This document shows, piece by piece, positions 61,434-64,000 of a stretch of 64,000 nt of DNA. The first letter of the stretch is position 1. Each line of letters begins with the position of its first letter. The position numbers were made by a program, and so were the translations under genes. The stretch covers positions 8,447 to 72,446 of the forward strand of contig WRDM01000007.1 of NCBI GenBank assembly GCA_009783465.1, given 5' to 3'. The notes below the pieces were generated by a model that was given only the letters and a program-made list of their open reading frames with translations, was not told the origin of the DNA and ran no database searches. The stretch is from Phycisphaerae bacterium (GTDB taxonomy: Bacteria; Planctomycetota; Phycisphaerae; SM23-33).

Positions 61434-62635
61434 TACGCTTTCCCTCGCCCTCGCATTTGCAGACCGAGCAACTTGATGAACCCGGTGGCGTCGCTGGGAG
61501 TGTATTCGGCGCCCATGGTGAAGCTCGCCAGTTTGCCGCTGTAGAGACTGTTGGGGCTTTCCACGCCCGCGACGCTCGCCCGGCCCTTGAGGCAGTGCAC
61601 CCGGACCAGGCCCGTAACATTGCGCTGCGTGGCCGCGACGAACGCGTCCAAGGCTTCGCGGAGTTCGCAGAACCATTGGCCGTTATACACCATATCCGCG
61701 TATTTCAGGGCGATCTGTTGTTTGTAGTGGGCCGTCTCGCGGTCGAGGGTGAGGCTTTCCAGGGCGCGGTGGGCTTCGTACAGAATCGTACCGCCGGGCG
61801 TCTCGTACGCGCCGCGGCTCTTGATGCCCACCAGGCGGTTCTCGACCAGATCCACCTGCCCCACCGCGTTGCGGCCGCCGATGTCGTTGAGCGTAGCGAT
61901 CACCGCGTCGCCGGGCAGTTTTTTGCCGTTGACGGCCACCGGCATGCCCTTGGCGAATTCCACGGTAACGAATTCGCCCTTGGCGGGGGCCTTGGCCACG
62001 GGCACGCTCATCACCCACAGATCGTCCTTGGGCTGATTGGCGGGATCTTCGAGGTCCGCGCCCTCGTGCGAGATGTGCCACAAATTGCGGTCGCGACTAT
62101 AGATTTTCTTTTTCGTCTGCGTAATCGGAATGCCGCGTGCCTTGGCGTATTCGACGGCGGCCTCGCGGCTGGTGAGTTCGAAGGACGGGTCCTTCCACGG
62201 CGCGATGATTTTCAGTTGTGGCGCCAAGGCCATGTAGGTTAATTCGAAGCGGACCTGGTCGTTGCCTTTTCCGGTGGCGCCGTGGGCGACAGCGTCGGCC
62301 TTTTCTTTGCGGGCACAATCGACCTGCGCCTTGGCAATCAGCGGCCTGGCGATCGACGTGCCGAGCATGTAGCGGTCCTCATAAATCGCGCCCGCCGCGA
62401 GCATCTTGAAACAATACTCCTCGGCAAATTCGCGCTTAAGGTCGGCGACAACGCACTTGCTCGCCCCACTTCGTCGGGCCTTCTCCTCGATACCTTCGAG
62501 TTCGCCCTTTTGGCCCTGCCCGACGTCGGCAACCAGCGCGACGACCTCGCAGCCATACTTCTCCTTCAACCACGGCAAAATGACCGAAGTATCCAACCCG
62601 CCACTGTATGCCAGTACGATTTTTTTAACGGACAC
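61433..62635 (-). CDS. argG: argininosuccinate synthase
   Basis: It has KIVLAYSGGLDTS, AHGATGKGNDQVRFE and SRDRNLWHISHEG. The start is set at GTG 62635, 5 nt downstream of AAGGAGA. The upstream ORF extension lies in a repeat. Confidence 0.92.
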   Translation of the reverse strand: MSVKKIVLAYSGGLDTSVILPWLKEKYGCEVVALVADVGQGQKGELEGIEEKARRSGASKCVVADLKREFAEEYCFKMLAAGAIYEDRYMLGTSIARPLIAKAQVDCARKEKADAVAHGATGKGNDQVRFELTYMALAPQLKIIAPWKDPSFELTSREAAVEYAKARGIPITQTKKKIYSRDRNLWHISHEGADLEDPANQPKDDLWVMSVPVAKAPAKGEFVTVEFAKGMPVAVNGKKLPGDAVIATLNDIGGRNAVGQVDLVENRLVGIKSRGAYETPGGTILYEAHRALESLTLDRETAHYKQQIALKYADMVYNGQWFCELREALDAFVAATQRNVTGLVRVHCLKGRASVAGVESPNSLYSGKLASFTMGAEYTPSDATGFIKLLGLQMRGRGKA

Positions 62636-62684
62636 GTTGTATCTCCTTTTCTTACGCGTAAAATCCAACATCCAAAACCCGGTT

Positions 62685-62835
62685 CCTCCCCGGCCTCGCA
62701 TTGGAATGCCAGGACACAGCCCCGTAGGGGCGTCTTTTATAGCCCAGGGCGAGCGGTACTCCACAAGCCCTGGGCTATAAATGACGCCGCTCCGCGGCTT
62801 TGCCCCGATACTTCAACACGAGGCCGGGAAGGCAA
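62685..62835. repeat. back-to-back U/U' pair without the V core
   Basis: The two arms share the terminal hairpin GCCCAGGGCGAGCGGTACTCCACAAGCCCTGGGC. The outer ends CCTCCCCGGCCTCG and CGAGGCCGGGAAGG pair. Confidence 0.85.
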
Positions 62836-62917
62836 CCTCTTTCGTACATCACATCCTACAACCCTACAGCGCAAACAGGCATAACCGTCGCGAAACGCTT
62901 ATCAACCACCAACGTCC

Positions 62918-62950
62918 ACCTCTGTATCTCTGCGCCTCTGTGGTAAAAAC
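62918..62950. repeat. C-family solo arm
   Basis: CCACCTCTGTATCTCTGCGCCTCTGTGGTAAAAACC. Confidence 0.7.
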
Positions 62951-62954
62951 CGCT

Positions 62955-64000
62955 CTACGTCGCCTGGATCTCATCCAGCCCCACGCCCAGCGTCCTGACG
63001 GCGATCTCGTTCAACTCCGCCGACGGGCCTGTAAAATGGAACGTGCGGTGGATGTGCGTGGCCGTGCCGCCTGCCGGCAGTGTGGCCGCGGGACTGGAGC
63101 TTTCGAGTTCGTAGAATCCGCCCAGGGCGGCGGCGCCGGGTTTTTCCGGGCCGTCGTTGTAGCTGTTCACCACGTCGCCGGCGAAGGGTTTGTCCTGGAT
63201 CCGCCACAAGCTGTTGACGTACGGCAGCCGGGCCGCGCCCTCGGGGAGGTTGAACTGCACGACGGTGAGCACGCCCGCGTCGGGATCGAAACTGCCCAGC
63301 GTCCGCCGCGCCCGCGGGGCCGAAATGCCGATCTTGCTGCGATACACGCCGTCGCACCGGAAGAACAGATGCGAGTCGGTCAGGCGGCAGCGGTCGGCGT
63401 CCAGCGGGCCGAAATAATCGGTCGTCGCTCGCGGGCCTAGTTTCGCGTCGTCGCCAGGCAGAAACGGCACGACCACCCGCCCGTTCGGCAGCGGCTTGAA
63501 TTGCCCGAGAATCCAGATCGACAGCAGCCCGCCGTCGGCCGTCCAGGCGGACTCGCCCGCGTTGCAAAGCGTGTTGTGACTTTCGAACGCGACCATCTGC
63601 ACGCTTTCGGGCTTGACCACGCCCAGGCAGTCGGCCGTCCGGCTGCTCTCGAGCACGCTGATGACGCGCTTGACCGCGCACGCGAATTCCGTGCCGCTGG
63701 TGTTGGTCACGCGGAAGGCCGTGGCGAACGCGACGGATTTCTTGCCCTGGCTGGTGATATCGAACCGCCCGCGGTTGAACCCCGGCGGCGTGAACCAGTG
63801 GGCCATGTCGAAGGGGTCGCCCTTCTTGAACCACAGGCTGAACTGCCCGCCTTCAGGCCCGAGCCAGAAACGATCCTCGCCGCCGTAATTGTTGAACACG
63901 GGGCTGTCCTGGCCAGCGTCGATGAGCGGGCGGTTGACCCAGCCGAAACTCATGCCCGTCTTGCCCATCGTGGAGGTCATCACGCGCCCCTGCCACGCCG
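62955..64000 (-). CDS. hypothetical protein, possibly 5'-truncated by the window edge
   Basis: It is a long ORF with good coding character. The reading frame stays open to the window end upstream of GTG 63983. No family was recognised. Confidence 0.5.
   Translation of the reverse strand, partial: AWQGRVMTSTMGKTGMSFGWVNRPLIDAGQDSPVFNNYGGEDRFWLGPEGGQFSLWFKKGDPFDMAHWFTPPGFNRGRFDITSQGKKSVAFATAFRVTNTSGTEFACAVKRVISVLESSRTADCLGVVKPESVQMVAFESHNTLCNAGESAWTADGGLLSIWILGQFKPLPNGRVVVPFLPGDDAKLGPRATTDYFGPLDADRCRLTDSHLFFRCDGVYRSKIGISAPRARRTLGSFDPDAGVLTVVQFNLPEGAARLPYVNSLWRIQDKPFAGDVVNSYNDGPEKPGAAALGGFYELESSSPAATLPAGGTATHIHRTFHFTGPSAELNEIAVRTLGVGLDEIQAT

Overview
GC-rich bacterial chromosomal window, densely coded on both strands. 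I place it in Planctomycetota, possibly Phycisphaerae-like, by inference from gene content: several PEP-CTERM proteins, prepilin-type H-X9-DG proteins, a fused lpxC-fabZ, a futalosine-pathway radical SAM enzyme and an MCE/Mla module. I support 56 protein-coding features. Housekeeping genes include xylA, gap, mutS, lpxD, lpxC/fabZ, two lpxA paralogues, nadA, two clpP, pyrR-pyrB, argG, a MoxR ATPase and a DUF58 protein. Accessory regions are (a) a PEP-CTERM / CPBP protease / H-X9-DG pseudopilin cluster at 20-25.7 kb, (b) an exopolysaccharide-like locus at 32-37 kb with a FeeM-like N-acyl amino acid synthase, a PaaK/F390-synthetase-like ligase, a PEP-CTERM protein and a priming sugar transferase, and (c) tandem paralogous lipoproteins with an SIS_2-like C-terminal half at 12-15.5 kb. 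I recognised no rRNA, tRNA, CRISPR array, transposase or prophage. The most unusual feature is the non-coding fraction. Almost every intergenic junction holds a member of one of about 10 inverted-repeat families. These include a ~370-bp nested mosaic palindrome (3 full copies plus solo arms), hairpins whose arms are short tandem k-mer arrays, and a ~120-140-bp multi-hairpin GC-rich element that lies in frame inside two protein-coding genes. Other leads are a candidate sRNA with two CU-rich (anti-SD-like) loops and a T7 terminator, a His-less LpxA paralogue next to a canonical one, a ClpP paralogue with Asn at the catalytic Asp position, an in-frame amber codon splitting a pseudopilin gene, and mutS followed 7 nt downstream by a PD-(D/E)XK (YhcG) nuclease gene. 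All family assignments come from reading motifs by eye; no database search was run.
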